A program made the position numbers and the translations under genes. This document shows positions 25,369 through 35,720 of a stretch of 64,000 nucleotides of DNA, one piece after another. Below the pieces are notes generated by a model. It saw only the letters and a program-made list of their open reading frames with translations, ran no database searches and was not told the origin of the DNA. This DNA is from Candidatus Spechtbacteria bacterium RIFCSPLOWO2_12_FULL_38_22. GTDB lineage: Bacteria > Patescibacteriota > Minisyncoccia > Spechtbacterales > 2-12-FULL-38-22. Numbering within the stretch: position 1 is the stretch's first letter; the number at the start of each line of letters is the position of its first letter. The stretch covers positions 7,371 through 71,370 of the forward strand of contig MHOK01000005.1 in the NCBI GenBank assembly GCA_001820055.1, given 5' to 3'.

Positions 25369-27504
25369 ATGCAAAAAAAAGAATATTCTATTGAACTTGG
25401 GGGTGAAACGCTAACTCTCCGTTTTTTAAATTGGGCACAACAAGCAGATGCTTCTGTTTTGGCTCAACTAGGTGAAACAGTTGTCTTGTCTACTGTTGTT
25501 ATGGGAAAGAAAGAGAGTGCCTTGTCTTACTTTCCCCTAACTGTCGAGTACGCAGAAAAATATTATGCTGCCGGAAAAATAGGGGGTGGTAGATTTAATA
25601 AAAGAGAAGGAAGACCGTCAAATGACGCAACACTAAAAGGCAGGCTAATAGACAGAACAATAAGACCGCTATTTAATAACTCCATGAGACGCGATGTTCA
25701 GGTTGTAAGCACTATACTAAGTTATGATTATAAAAATACTCCAGAAATTTTGGCGCTCATTGCCTCTTCCACCGCGCTATGCATATCAAACATACCGTGG
25801 GACGGGCCAATTGGAGCTGTGAGAATGGCAAAAATAGACGAACACTGGAAAATAAATCCCAGCGCCGAAGATAAGGCAAGCTTTAGCGCTGATATAATCG
25901 CTTCCGGACCAAAAGGAAAGATAAATATGATAGAGATTGGGGCTAACGAGGTGCAGGAAAAAGACTTGGTGGACGCCTTGAGTATAGCGCAAAAAGAAAT
26001 AGATAAACTTGTTGATTTTCAATTAAAAATTCAAAAAGAAATTGGCGAAAAGAAAGAACAAATAGAGCTACGGGAGGCACCGCAGGAAATTCAAAAAGAA
26101 ATACGAGGAAATTTTGAGCAAAAAATAAGGTCTCTCATAATAGAAAACTCCACTAAAGAGGGTAAAGAGGAGTTGAATACTCTCACCGATGAATTAAAAA
26201 AATACCTAGAGGAAAAATATACTGAAAATAACCCTCAATACATAGACAGGGGTTTAGAATATTTTGATAAGCTGATAGATGAGTTAGTGCACGAAGCGGC
26301 TCTTAAACACAATAAAAGGGTAGATGGCCGAGCATTTGATGAAATTAGAAATCTTTCTGCAGAAATATCCATCTTGCCTCGAACGCATGGATCTGGAATA
26401 TTTATGAGGGGTCTTACGCACGTACTGTCTGCGGTAACCCTTGATTCACCCGGGGAAGAGGAGCTAAGCGATGCAATGGAGGGAGAGGCTAAAAAACGTT
26501 TCATGCATCACTACAACTTTCCTCCATACTCTGTGGGGGAAGTTGGATTCTTCCGCGGACCGGGCAGAAGAGAAATAGGGCACGGAGCGTTAGCAGAAAA
26601 AGCGTTACAACCGCTTATTCCTGTTCTTGAAGAATTCCCATATGTTGTACGAGTAGTAACCGAAGCCATATCCAGCAATGGTTCAACTTCCATGGCTTCT
26701 GTTTGTGGAAGCTCTCTTGCCCTTATGGACGCTGGTGTTCCTATTAAAAACCATATAGCTGGAATTGCCATGGGTCTAATAACAGACGGTAAAAATACAA
26801 AAATTCTAACAGATATTCAAGGCCCAGAAGATCATTACGGCGATATGGACTTTAAAGTTGCTGGAACAAGAAATGGGGTGACAGCCGTACAACTAGACGT
26901 AAAAATAGGTGGTTTGGATACAGACTTAGTCACTTCCGTACTTGAACAAGCAAAAAAAGCAAGATTACAAATAATCGAACTGCTAGAAAAGACCATACCA
27001 AGCCCGAGAGAAGAAATATCTAAATACGCACCGGTGATAGAATTTATTAAGATAGAACCCTCCACCATAGCAATATTAATAGGAAGCGGTGGAAGAACTA
27101 TCAAGGAGTTAATGGCACAAACAAACACCGAGATTGATGTCGAAGATGATGGTAGCGTATATGTCAGTGGAGCATTAAGAGAAGAGGTTCAAAAAGCAAT
27201 TAAGCGAGTTGAACAAATAACTCATCAGGTAGAGATCGGAGAAATATATGAAGCCAAAGTAGTGCGTATTGCGGACTTTGGAGCATTTGTAGAACTGACC
27301 CCCGGGCAAGACGCGCTTGTTCATGTTTCAGAAATTAGTTCAAACTATGTAAAAAATGTAAGCGATATAGTAAAGGTAGGGGATACTATACGGGTAAAAG
27401 TAATAAAAATTGACGAAAGTGGAAAAATTGCGGCCTCTGCTCGCTTCAACGACGCAAACGAAACAAACAAAACAAGTGGAAAACACGATAACGCTATGAG
27501 TTAA
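25369..27504 (+). CDS. pnp: Polyribonucleotide nucleotidyltransferase
   Basis: RLIDRTIRPLF, RREIGHGALA, SNGSTSMAS, GDMDFKVAGT, KH and S1 domains; start placed at ATG 25369. Confidence 0.98.
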   Translation: MQKKEYSIELGGETLTLRFLNWAQQADASVLAQLGETVVLSTVVMGKKESALSYFPLTVEYAEKYYAAGKIGGGRFNKREGRPSNDATLKGRLIDRTIRPLFNNSMRRDVQVVSTILSYDYKNTPEILALIASSTALCISNIPWDGPIGAVRMAKIDEHWKINPSAEDKASFSADIIASGPKGKINMIEIGANEVQEKDLVDALSIAQKEIDKLVDFQLKIQKEIGEKKEQIELREAPQEIQKEIRGNFEQKIRSLIIENSTKEGKEELNTLTDELKKYLEEKYTENNPQYIDRGLEYFDKLIDELVHEAALKHNKRVDGRAFDEIRNLSAEISILPRTHGSGIFMRGLTHVLSAVTLDSPGEEELSDAMEGEAKKRFMHHYNFPPYSVGEVGFFRGPGRREIGHGALAEKALQPLIPVLEEFPYVVRVVTEAISSNGSTSMASVCGSSLALMDAGVPIKNHIAGIAMGLITDGKNTKILTDIQGPEDHYGDMDFKVAGTRNGVTAVQLDVKIGGLDTDLVTSVLEQAKKARLQIIELLEKTIPSPREEISKYAPVIEFIKIEPSTIAILIGSGGRTIKELMAQTNTEIDVEDDGSVYVSGALREEVQKAIKRVEQITHQVEIGEIYEAKVVRIADFGAFVELTPGQDALVHVSEISSNYVKNVSDIVKVGDTIRVKVIKIDESGKIAASARFNDANETNKTSGKHDNAMS

Positions 27505-27526
27505 AATTTTGTGATAATATGAAGCT

Positions 27527-29056
27527 ATGGTAAAGCAAACTTTTCTAGGAACAATTAGAACAATGCAAGATGATATAAAAGGAGCTCCACAAAAGTCTCT
27601 GGAATACTCTGATCAACCTGATTCTATGGCCGTTCCTGCGCCAAAAAAAACTCCAGAACCCCCACATTTTAAACCACGACCAACGCCTCTACCCGTACAT
27701 AGCCTGCCCACAGAAGAAACCCCGAAACCTCCAATTTTAAAATCATCACCGACACCGCTACCGCCACTACCTCAAATTAAATTAGAAGCTCAACCTACTA
27801 CAACTCATGCTACTCCACCTATAAATCTTCCTTTTCAAAAAAAATCATCAAGAGATATACTTGATGAGCTTTTGCCTATGGAGGATAATGAATTTGCGTC
27901 AACACAACCACAAAAAATAGTGCTACCAGGCACCGAAAAAGAAGAAGAGAGAATAGAACAAGAAATTTTTCCAAGTCCCAACTTTCCAAAAGAAGAAACG
28001 CCAGAACAGTTGTTGGGGCTGGGTGACATAGGTGAAATAAATGATATAGAAAGAACCATTGAAGCTCAGACCGTTCCTTCTACTGCGCCTCTGCGCCCAA
28101 TACACGCACCGATACCACCAAAAGCGCCGGCGCCAATGCTTCCAACACAAAATACTCCAACGCCACCACTTCTCACTACTACAAAAATGAAAAGAAAAAA
28201 AATATTTTTATCAAAAACAATCCTTCTCACAACGTCATTCGTAGTAATCGGAGCGGTGCTTGTTGGTGGTGGGCTATATTTTATATTCTCAAACAAAGAC
28301 GACTCACAGGTTTCCCAAGAACCTGAAAAAATAGATACTGAAAAGACGGAGGATTTGGATTTAACACCTCCAAAAGCACTGGTAAGCCCCGATTTTATAC
28401 TAGAAAATATAGTCGTACAAGATGCACTTAAAAACACCTTGCTTGGAATGTTTGACGACTTAAAACAGGCTAATTTTACAAAAAACACGATTACCTATGT
28501 ACCCATAAGGTTAAAGGGCGTGGTGGTTGACCGAAAGGCTCAATTTTTAAAACTACAAACCTTTTTTAGCGGATTAGACATAGCCTATCCCAAGGAACTG
28601 TTTGACGCTGTAGAATCTAATTTTATGCTCTACATATATTCCCCAGGAGATGAAGAAAGAATAGCTTGTCAAAACAACCTCGTAAGCGAAGAGGAGTGTT
28701 ATGGACCGCGTCTGGGTATAGTTATACAGGCACAAGAAGGTAAACAAGAACAACTAACAAAACTCATGACAGAGTGGACAGACGTGGCTAAAACATCAGG
28801 TCTGGAACAGTTTGTTTTAAATAGCCTAACCAAAATGCCATCGGAAACAGTATTTGAACAAGGAGTATACAAAAGCACAAACGTACCGTCTGCGCCGGAA
28901 GTTGCCGTACATTACATGAATTTACAAATGGCAAAATATAACAATTTAGGACTTTCGGGAACGGCGCTAGACTTTGCCGTCTTAGGCAATAAATTAATAC
29001 TAGCTACCTCAAAAAACTCTATGCGCAAAATTATAGATTACATATTAGCCGAATAA
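27527..29056 (+). CDS. Bitopic hypothetical protein with long Pro-rich cytoplasmic region
   Basis: IRTMQDDI N-terminus, Pro-rich tract, one TM, extracellular domain ending LILATSK. Confidence 0.75.
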   Translation: MVKQTFLGTIRTMQDDIKGAPQKSLEYSDQPDSMAVPAPKKTPEPPHFKPRPTPLPVHSLPTEETPKPPILKSSPTPLPPLPQIKLEAQPTTTHATPPINLPFQKKSSRDILDELLPMEDNEFASTQPQKIVLPGTEKEEERIEQEIFPSPNFPKEETPEQLLGLGDIGEINDIERTIEAQTVPSTAPLRPIHAPIPPKAPAPMLPTQNTPTPPLLTTTKMKRKKIFLSKTILLTTSFVVIGAVLVGGGLYFIFSNKDDSQVSQEPEKIDTEKTEDLDLTPPKALVSPDFILENIVVQDALKNTLLGMFDDLKQANFTKNTITYVPIRLKGVVVDRKAQFLKLQTFFSGLDIAYPKELFDAVESNFMLYIYSPGDEERIACQNNLVSEEECYGPRLGIVIQAQEGKQEQLTKLMTEWTDVAKTSGLEQFVLNSLTKMPSETVFEQGVYKSTNVPSAPEVAVHYMNLQMAKYNNLGLSGTALDFAVLGNKLILATSKNSMRKIIDYILAE

Positions 29057-29061
29057 TAAAC

Positions 29062-29946
29062 ATGATAACCCAAGATGTTTTAAAAACTCTAGCGTATTTT
29101 CAGGCCTTAGCCGATATGCCCCTAACCTTACTGGAAATCAAAAAATATCTTATAAAGGAGGGGAGTAAAAATAATACTCCTCTTTTTGATATACAAAAAT
29201 CACTAAACCACTTAATTAAAACGAGGCTTGTGTGCGGTAAAAACGGATTTTTTTATTTTGAGAACGCGCGCAACAATAAGGTCTACATAAATAGAATAGA
29301 GAAAATAAAAAATACTCACGGAAAATGGCGTAAATTTAATAAAATAAACAAATTCTTAATGTACATACCCTATATACGATCTATATCCTTAACAGGATCT
29401 GTTGCCCTTAATAACGCCTCGCCAAAAAGCGACCTGGATATACTCATAGAGTCGCGAAAAAATAGAATATGGACCGTACGCCTTCTAACAACAGCCGTGT
29501 CAGCTATCTTTCTAAGAAGAAGATACGCTAAAAAGATAAACAACAAGCTATGTTTTAACCGCTACATGGTTGAAAACTCTGATTTGGGACCTACGAACAT
29601 AAATCATGTAGTTAAAAATCGCGTAATAGTATGGAAAAAAGGTTATGACACAAGTGGTGAGACTATATATTCCTTAAAGCCAAATATTTTTGGGTTTGCC
29701 ATAAAGACCCTAGCAGAATTTATATTAAATATTACCGCAGTAGGTTTTTTCTTAGAAAAAGTGTCTGGCGCGTTACAAATAAAAAAGATAAAACATAACT
29801 TAATAGAATACCCCCGACACATCACACCGCTTACGATTCCTGCTTCCAACATATTCTTTTATTATCCAAGCGTCCTTGAAACAGAAAAAAAATGTAAAGA
29901 TATTTTGAGTTCCTTATACAGATTCGGACATGTGTCCGAAGAATAA
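29062..29946 (+). CDS. Nucleotidyltransferase-domain protein
   Basis: GSVAL..A...SDLD pol-beta-type motif; N-terminal wHTH-like segment. Confidence 0.7.
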   Translation: MITQDVLKTLAYFQALADMPLTLLEIKKYLIKEGSKNNTPLFDIQKSLNHLIKTRLVCGKNGFFYFENARNNKVYINRIEKIKNTHGKWRKFNKINKFLMYIPYIRSISLTGSVALNNASPKSDLDILIESRKNRIWTVRLLTTAVSAIFLRRRYAKKINNKLCFNRYMVENSDLGPTNINHVVKNRVIVWKKGYDTSGETIYSLKPNIFGFAIKTLAEFILNITAVGFFLEKVSGALQIKKIKHNLIEYPRHITPLTIPASNIFFYYPSVLETEKKCKDILSSLYRFGHVSEE

Positions 29947-29968
29947 CAAGGATGTGGAAAACTATTTG

Positions 29969-30003
29969 TTGACTCGGCTGTCCGAATAGAAATATAATAT
30001 AAT
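29969..30003 (+). promoter_or_regulatory. Sigma70-type promoter facing a long non-coding region
   Basis: TTGACT-N18-TATAAT (29969-29998) plus a second TATAAT at 29998-30003. Confidence 0.6.
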
Positions 30004-30004
30004 T

Positions 30005-30468
30005 AGATCCTTTTTTGTGTTCTATCTGCGGACCTCAGGAAAAAATTGGCACGAAAAGACTGGGCCACGAAGCCGGCAGAGGGAGCACAATCCTTGGTAT
30101 TCAGGGAAATAGGCCCTCTAATTAACAACTGGAATATGCTTTAGAAGTATCATTATAGTTATTAATTAGGGGGTCCAAGTGAACCCACTACAAGTAGTAA
30201 AACTATCGGGGATAAATCACAACTCCCTGAATACCGACCAAGCCTCCCTATCGGCAGACAGGCCTATCAACCGACAGGCAAATCAAAAAGTTCTTTATTT
30301 ATTAATACGTAAGTTTTCCTCCAAAAACACTCGGATAAGAGAACGCCTTAAGCCGTAGGCTTCTCTTTTTCATTCTCTCTCGTTGTCCGCATGACTAGGA
30401 CAACATTGTCTGCTCCATCATCGAGAGCAAGACACCCCGCTACTGACTACCAGTAGCGGGTCTTTTTT
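30005..30468 (+). ncRNA. Candidate structured non-coding RNA (unassigned)
   Basis: No long ORF; stems 30096-30107/30224-30235 and 30112-30130/30157-30176; bounded by promoter and terminator. Confidence 0.45.
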
Positions 30469-30469
30469 T
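30434..30469 (+). terminator. Intrinsic terminator
   Basis: CCCGCTACTG-ACTAC-CAGTAGCGGG followed by T-tract. Confidence 0.8.
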
Positions 30470-30606
30470 ATTAATACTCCAGCGATAAACAGCTTGACAA
30501 AAAATCCAATAACGATTAAGCCCGAAAACTCCTATTATAAATAGGTTCTTCTCCCTAGGGATTAACTTCAATTGTCTTTGTCTGTTTTTTTGTTTACAAT
30601 ATATCT

Positions 30607-30981
30607 ATGACTTTAAAAACCTTAGAAAAATTTAAACTTCTCTTGCTTGAGCAAAAGGACTTGCTAGAAAAGAAATTAGAAACGATTGCTCAACGCGATC
30701 CAAATCAAGAAGATAACTGGAATACTATTTTCCCCAACTTTGCGCCAGACGAGTTTGACGAAGAAGAATCCGCAGACGAAGTGCAAGAGTACATAAACAG
30801 ACTCCCGCTAGAACATGCTATGGAACTGAGAATAAAAGAAATAAACAAAGCGCTTGGAAGAATTAAGGTGGGCACTTATGGAAAATGTAAAAACTGTAAC
30901 GAAGATATACCCCAAAAAAGACTGGAAATTCTGCCCGAAACAGACATTTGTTTAAAGTGTAAAGCTAAAACCAACAAATAG
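30607..30981 (+). CDS. DksA/TraR family C4 zinc-finger protein
   Basis: ALGRI..GTYGKCKNC..IP..RL..LP....CLKC. Confidence 0.9.
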   Translation: MTLKTLEKFKLLLLEQKDLLEKKLETIAQRDPNQEDNWNTIFPNFAPDEFDEEESADEVQEYINRLPLEHAMELRIKEINKALGRIKVGTYGKCKNCNEDIPQKRLEILPETDICLKCKAKTNK

Positions 30982-30983
30982 AT

Positions 30984-31856
30984 ATGTACTGGATTTTGTT
31001 ATCGCTGGGAGCGGGACTGTTTAATTCAGCCACTGGTGTCTTTAAGAAGAGAGGGGGGTTAAAACAGCTTGACCCCTATACTATAGCGTGGTCAGTTGCT
31101 TTTTTTTCTTTATTTATATTAGTGCCAGCTACAATAATTAAAGGAATCCCTCAAATAAGCGCCTCCTTTTGGTGGGCGCTTTTAGTTAGCGGATCTTTAA
31201 ACGCGCTAGCCACCACCCTTCAGGTAAAGGCCCTTCTTAAAAGCGACATGTCCCTAATCGGACCGCTCCAAGCGACAACTCCATTTTTTATAATCTTTAG
31301 CGCGTTCATACTACTAAAAGAAGTCCCTACAATATTGGGACTGGTTGGAATTATCATTCTAATTGTGGGGTCGTATTTTTTACAATACAAACGAAAGGCG
31401 AGCTTATTTGCACCCTTTAAGGCCTTGCTAGAGGACAAAGGAGCGCGATTGGTATTTGGGGCAGCTTTAATTTGGGGCATAACCGGCACCGTAGATAAAA
31501 TCGGTGTACAAAGTTCATCTTCTGTTTTTTGGTCAATGTTTGTAAACGCCCTTATGGCGCTTATTTTATTTCCCATAGTTATCGGGTTTGGAAATAACCG
31601 CGGAATAAAAGATCTATTCTCTTATAAAAAACTTAAAAACTTGGTTCCCCTAGGACTTTTTACATCACTTATGTCTATATTCCAGATGACAGCGCTAACT
31701 ATGGCAAATGTCGCCTACGTAGTATCTCTAAAAAGAACCAGCGCTTTGACAGATGTATTATTTGGCAAGTTATTTTTTAAAGAACCAAATATCAAAAGCA
31801 GGGCACTGGGAGCCACTTTAATAGTTATTGGTGTAATACTTATCTCTATAAACTAA
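30984..31856 (+). CDS. EamA/DMT family transporter
   Basis: About ten TM segments in two EamA halves; LLKE and FFKE motifs. Confidence 0.88.
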   Translation: MYWILLSLGAGLFNSATGVFKKRGGLKQLDPYTIAWSVAFFSLFILVPATIIKGIPQISASFWWALLVSGSLNALATTLQVKALLKSDMSLIGPLQATTPFFIIFSAFILLKEVPTILGLVGIIILIVGSYFLQYKRKASLFAPFKALLEDKGARLVFGAALIWGITGTVDKIGVQSSSSVFWSMFVNALMALILFPIVIGFGNNRGIKDLFSYKKLKNLVPLGLFTSLMSIFQMTALTMANVAYVVSLKRTSALTDVLFGKLFFKEPNIKSRALGATLIVIGVILISIN

Positions 31857-31957
31857 CAAACCCCACACTAGCTAGGGAAAATTTTTCTATTCTTAATTTA
31901 TCCTGAGCCATTCGATATCTAGCTCACGGCCGAAGTACTTTTCGAAGGACTAGTTAA

Positions 31958-33232
31958 TCACATATCAATTACCAGCGTTGCCCACCCAAATTCGTCAGCA
32001 CCCACCGGCTCACCAGTCAGGGGATTATAAAACTCGTTGAAACCATATTGCTCTACGAGTTTTTTTGATTTACGAGCTATTTGATCTGCTAAATCTCCGT
32101 AGCCATGTTGCCTAAGCCCATCAACTAAAAACCAGTTGGTATTCATAGATAATGGACCTCGCCATATACCACTCCGATCTTTATCATTACTTTTTGGATT
32201 AAAAGTTTTTTCGTTCTTAGCTACAGACGGAATCATGTGGGGCGTTAAAAACTCGTCCCCATTTATTAAATGATCTATAACCATTTTATCTGCAATTTCC
32301 CTCGGCAATTCCTTTATTATAAGGGGCATTAGTGACAAAATGGTTTTTACCTTGGAAGGAGTCTGTTTTTTTCCATCTAAATTCCAAAATAACCCCGATT
32401 CTTTGTCATAACATTTACTTGTCAAAGACTTCAAAGCTACTTGCGCTTGTTCGCGAGCCCATTTTTCAATTTCTATGTTACTGCAAAGTCCCGCCAGGTG
32501 TACCAAAGAAAAAAGACCCTGTATAAAAACGCTATTAACAAGTACGTCCTTGGTTTGGAAGCGTCCAAAAGTAAAAATTAGCTTTAAGTTATAGTTAAAA
32601 AGTTTATTTAAAAAGGTAATTCTGCGAACTTTATCAGCCGGCTTATTTTTATCGCTATCGTATGCTATTGCACTATCGTAGGCCGGACTATAATCTATTC
32701 CTGATTCATACTGGCAAATTATTGATATTAAGCCATCTTTGTGCACACTTCTTGTTTCTAGCAAATTCTTATAGTACCTATATAGGGGAAATAGCATTTT
32801 GTGAACAAAAGTAATGTCTTTGTCTTGTTCCCAAATTTTTTCAACTGCCTGCGCTATAATTGGAGGCTGTATTTCCGCGGTTATTTTTGCTTTTGCCAGT
32901 GGGTTTAGCCATGTAAGATAACCTTTGCTTTGCAATTTATGCCAGCTCCTCCACGACCTAGATCCATGTTTTCTGTCCCAAAAAATAACATGGGGTATAA
33001 ATCCATCCCCTTTTTGCCACAAGACTAAAGCTTGCAATTCTTCTTTGGCGCGCTTATATTCCCCCAACTTAGCCCAAACTATCGCGTGGAAACAAGAATC
33101 CCAAAACCATTGAAACGGATACACGGTTCCGGACGGCACACTGAACCGATAGATATGTTTACCTCTTTTGATGACTCTCGTATTTTTTTCCAACAATTTT
33201 TTTGCTTGTTCTTCCAGTTTTGACATAAACAT
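31958..33232 (-). CDS. GH63/MGH1-like (alpha/alpha)6 glycoside hydrolase
   Basis: YPFQWFWDSCFHA, QPP, ESGIDYSP.YD, WRGP, EFYNP.TG..FGW. Confidence 0.85.
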   Translation of the reverse strand: MFMSKLEEQAKKLLEKNTRVIKRGKHIYRFSVPSGTVYPFQWFWDSCFHAIVWAKLGEYKRAKEELQALVLWQKGDGFIPHVIFWDRKHGSRSWRSWHKLQSKGYLTWLNPLAKAKITAEIQPPIIAQAVEKIWEQDKDITFVHKMLFPLYRYYKNLLETRSVHKDGLISIICQYESGIDYSPAYDSAIAYDSDKNKPADKVRRITFLNKLFNYNLKLIFTFGRFQTKDVLVNSVFIQGLFSLVHLAGLCSNIEIEKWAREQAQVALKSLTSKCYDKESGLFWNLDGKKQTPSKVKTILSLMPLIIKELPREIADKMVIDHLINGDEFLTPHMIPSVAKNEKTFNPKSNDKDRSGIWRGPLSMNTNWFLVDGLRQHGYGDLADQIARKSKKLVEQYGFNEFYNPLTGEPVGADEFGWATLVIDM

Positions 33233-33274
33233 ATTTAAATGCTAAAAAGTGTATAGTTTACAAAAAAGGTTACG

Positions 33275-34033
33275 ATGAAAAATCCACCCCTAATCATATC
33301 ACATGCAGGATGCGAAGGGCTAGCTCCCAGAAACTCTTTGGAAAGCATAGGGGTAGCGTTAGAATTGGGCATAAACTACATAGAAGTAGATGTTCAGGTA
33401 ACCAGCGATGGTGTTCCAATTTTAGCTCACGACCCCATAGTTCGGTTGTTGAGTGGTCAAACTTTAGTTATCCCAGAAACCGATGCAAAACAGCTGGTTG
33501 GCAAACGCATATACGTATACTCAAATGGAGAACTGGGGTTAACAACCCATCTTGGTACCTTAGAGCAGGCTACTACACTAATACCCAAACACGTAACTCT
33601 GATTGTGGAAATCAAACACCCCCGCTTTGACCCAAAATATGCACGTAGAATGCGAGATGTAGATATTTTACAAGAAGATAAAGTAGAAAGCGCAATCTTT
33701 GATTGTACAAATGGGCATAATGTTCAATATATATCGTTCTATTCGGAAGTTTTACTAAATATCAAAAGATTCAGTTCCAAAGCGATTTGCGGTTTTGTAT
33801 CAGAACTCTCGGATGAGCGTATCTTAGTAGTAGCAAAAGCGCTTGGTGTATACCATGTTGTACCAAATTATAGAAATCTAGGAAAATGCTTCATAGATTT
33901 AGCGCATCAACAGCTTCTAAATGTATTTACCTGGACAGTAGATAAAGAATCAGAAATGCTGCGTCTAGCAGAAATGGGCGTAGACGGCATTATAACAAAC
34001 CGCCCCGACAGAGCGTTAAGACTGTTTTTGTAA
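33275..34033 (+). CDS. Glycerophosphodiester phosphodiesterase family protein
   Basis: IISHAG, N(S)L, IEVDV..TSDG.P..HD, VEIK, WTVD, GVDGIITNRPD. Confidence 0.9.
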   Translation: MKNPPLIISHAGCEGLAPRNSLESIGVALELGINYIEVDVQVTSDGVPILAHDPIVRLLSGQTLVIPETDAKQLVGKRIYVYSNGELGLTTHLGTLEQATTLIPKHVTLIVEIKHPRFDPKYARRMRDVDILQEDKVESAIFDCTNGHNVQYISFYSEVLLNIKRFSSKAICGFVSELSDERILVVAKALGVYHVVPNYRNLGKCFIDLAHQQLLNVFTWTVDKESEMLRLAEMGVDGIITNRPDRALRLFL

Positions 34034-34106
34034 AAATCCTGTTTTTCAGGATTTTTTATTAATATACAGGTTGACTAAAAAACAAAATTTTGATACCTTG
34101 CAAACA

Positions 34107-35642
34107 ATGCCAAATAAACTATACTCCATTGCCAAACTAGGCATGAGTACTCGAACTGTTGAACTAGAAACAGATGTCACAAGCGGTCTGCATGTATTTT
34201 CTATTGTCGGACTTCCCGATAAGGCCGTGGAGGAAAGCAAAGAAAGAATAAGCAGTGCGCTAAAAAATAATGGTTTTAAACCGCCACGCGCATTTAATAA
34301 ACGAGTTATTATAAACCTAGCTCCAGCGGATATTAAAAAAGAAGGCGGACTATACGATCTTGGTATGGCACTTGGTTTTTTAATAGACTCTCAGCAAATC
34401 GAGCCTGTTTTTGATTTAAGTAAAACACTCGTAGTGGGCGAGGTGGGGCTTAACGGAATTATACGTTCGGTACGCGGTGTTATTTTGTATGCAATACATG
34501 GCGCAGAAAATGGATTTGAAAATATAATTGTCCCCGCAGGAAATAAACAGGAAGCCGAACTAATAAAAGATATAAATGTTATTGCTCCTGATAATATCGG
34601 CGAATTGGTGGCGTTTTTAGAAAAAAGAGGAGAAATAAAAGATAAAAAACCAATCGGGAAAAAGGCTGCTTCTGTAAAAACCCAACATGATTTTTCTCTT
34701 ATCCAGGGACAGGAAAATGCAAAATGCGCCCTAGAGGTTGCTGTCGCCGGAGGGCACAATATTTTATTTCATGGACCGCCGGGTAGCGGGAAATCTATGC
34801 TGGCAAAAACTGCGACAACAATCATGCCGACCTTGAGCTACGAAGAAGCGCTTGAGGTAACAAAAATAGAAAGTGTATGCGGTAACGTTTCAACGCAAAA
34901 CCCCCTTGCTGAAAACAGACCCTTTAGATCTCCGCACCACGCTTCCAGCGAAAGCGCGATAATTGGTGGCGGATCCACTCTAAACCCCGGGGAAATAACG
35001 CGGGCGCACAGAGGAATATTATTTCTAGACGAATTTCCAGAGTTCCACCGAGACATTTTAGAATCGCTTCGCCAACCAATGGAAAATGGATCTATAACCG
35101 TAGCGCGCGCAAAAGGAACTGTGAATTATCCAAGCAAATTCATGCTTATCGCCGCAGCAAATCCTTGTCCTTGCGGCTACTTCGGAGATCCAAAACGTGA
35201 ATGTAATTGTACAACCGCAAGCGTTATTAAATACCAAAGAAAATTATCAGGCCCTATCGCCGATAGAATAGACATGCATATAAGTGTGCCGCGCCAACAC
35301 TTCAAAAAAATATCCTCTGAAGATTTGGCGGAATCTTCACAATCAATAAGAAAAAGAGTTGAAAAAGCTCGTTTCATTCAACAAAATAGATTCAAAAATG
35401 ACCCTATCCATACAAACTCTGAAATGGGAATAAAAGAAATAAAAAAATACTGCGCAATTGACGCTAATCTAAAAAACTTTATAGGTCTTGCTATTGAAAA
35501 ATATAAACTTTCAGCCCGCGCCTATCATTCCATACTAAAAGTTGCGCGCACCGTGGCAGATTTAGCTAACTCTGAAAGCATCCAACGACCACATATTGCC
35601 CAAACCTTACAATACATTAAAAGGGATATGGAAATTATTTAG
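34107..35642 (+). CDS. comM: YifB/ComM Mg-chelatase-like AAA+ ATPase
   Basis: IVGLPD, INLAPAD..KEG, GPPGSGKS, PFRSPHH, LFLDE.PEF, NPCPCG; start placed at ATG 34107. Confidence 0.93.
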   Translation: MPNKLYSIAKLGMSTRTVELETDVTSGLHVFSIVGLPDKAVEESKERISSALKNNGFKPPRAFNKRVIINLAPADIKKEGGLYDLGMALGFLIDSQQIEPVFDLSKTLVVGEVGLNGIIRSVRGVILYAIHGAENGFENIIVPAGNKQEAELIKDINVIAPDNIGELVAFLEKRGEIKDKKPIGKKAASVKTQHDFSLIQGQENAKCALEVAVAGGHNILFHGPPGSGKSMLAKTATTIMPTLSYEEALEVTKIESVCGNVSTQNPLAENRPFRSPHHASSESAIIGGGSTLNPGEITRAHRGILFLDEFPEFHRDILESLRQPMENGSITVARAKGTVNYPSKFMLIAAANPCPCGYFGDPKRECNCTTASVIKYQRKLSGPIADRIDMHISVPRQHFKKISSEDLAESSQSIRKRVEKARFIQQNRFKNDPIHTNSEMGIKEIKKYCAIDANLKNFIGLAIEKYKLSARAYHSILKVARTVADLANSESIQRPHIAQTLQYIKRDMEII

Positions 35643-35720
35643 TTGAACAACAAAAACAAAGCTTGGTTTAAGATACAAACTATGTTATACTACGTTTAGC
35701 ATTCAAGGAAGGAGTAGGTA

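Noticed and set aside
30010-30260. Resemblance to SAM-I (GACTGGGCCACGAAGCCGGCA) or c-di-AMP (GGGGGTCCAA..GGGGATAAATC) riboswitches, RNase P RNA or tmRNA
   Set aside because: Key conserved nucleotides (GCAAC/GGTGC; CAGCTAACC; GAGGAAAGTCC; tRNA-like ends) are absent, so it is left unassigned
7123-35642. yraN and comM as a linked competence module
   Set aside because: They are about 27 kb apart, their functional link is already described, and nothing here adds to it
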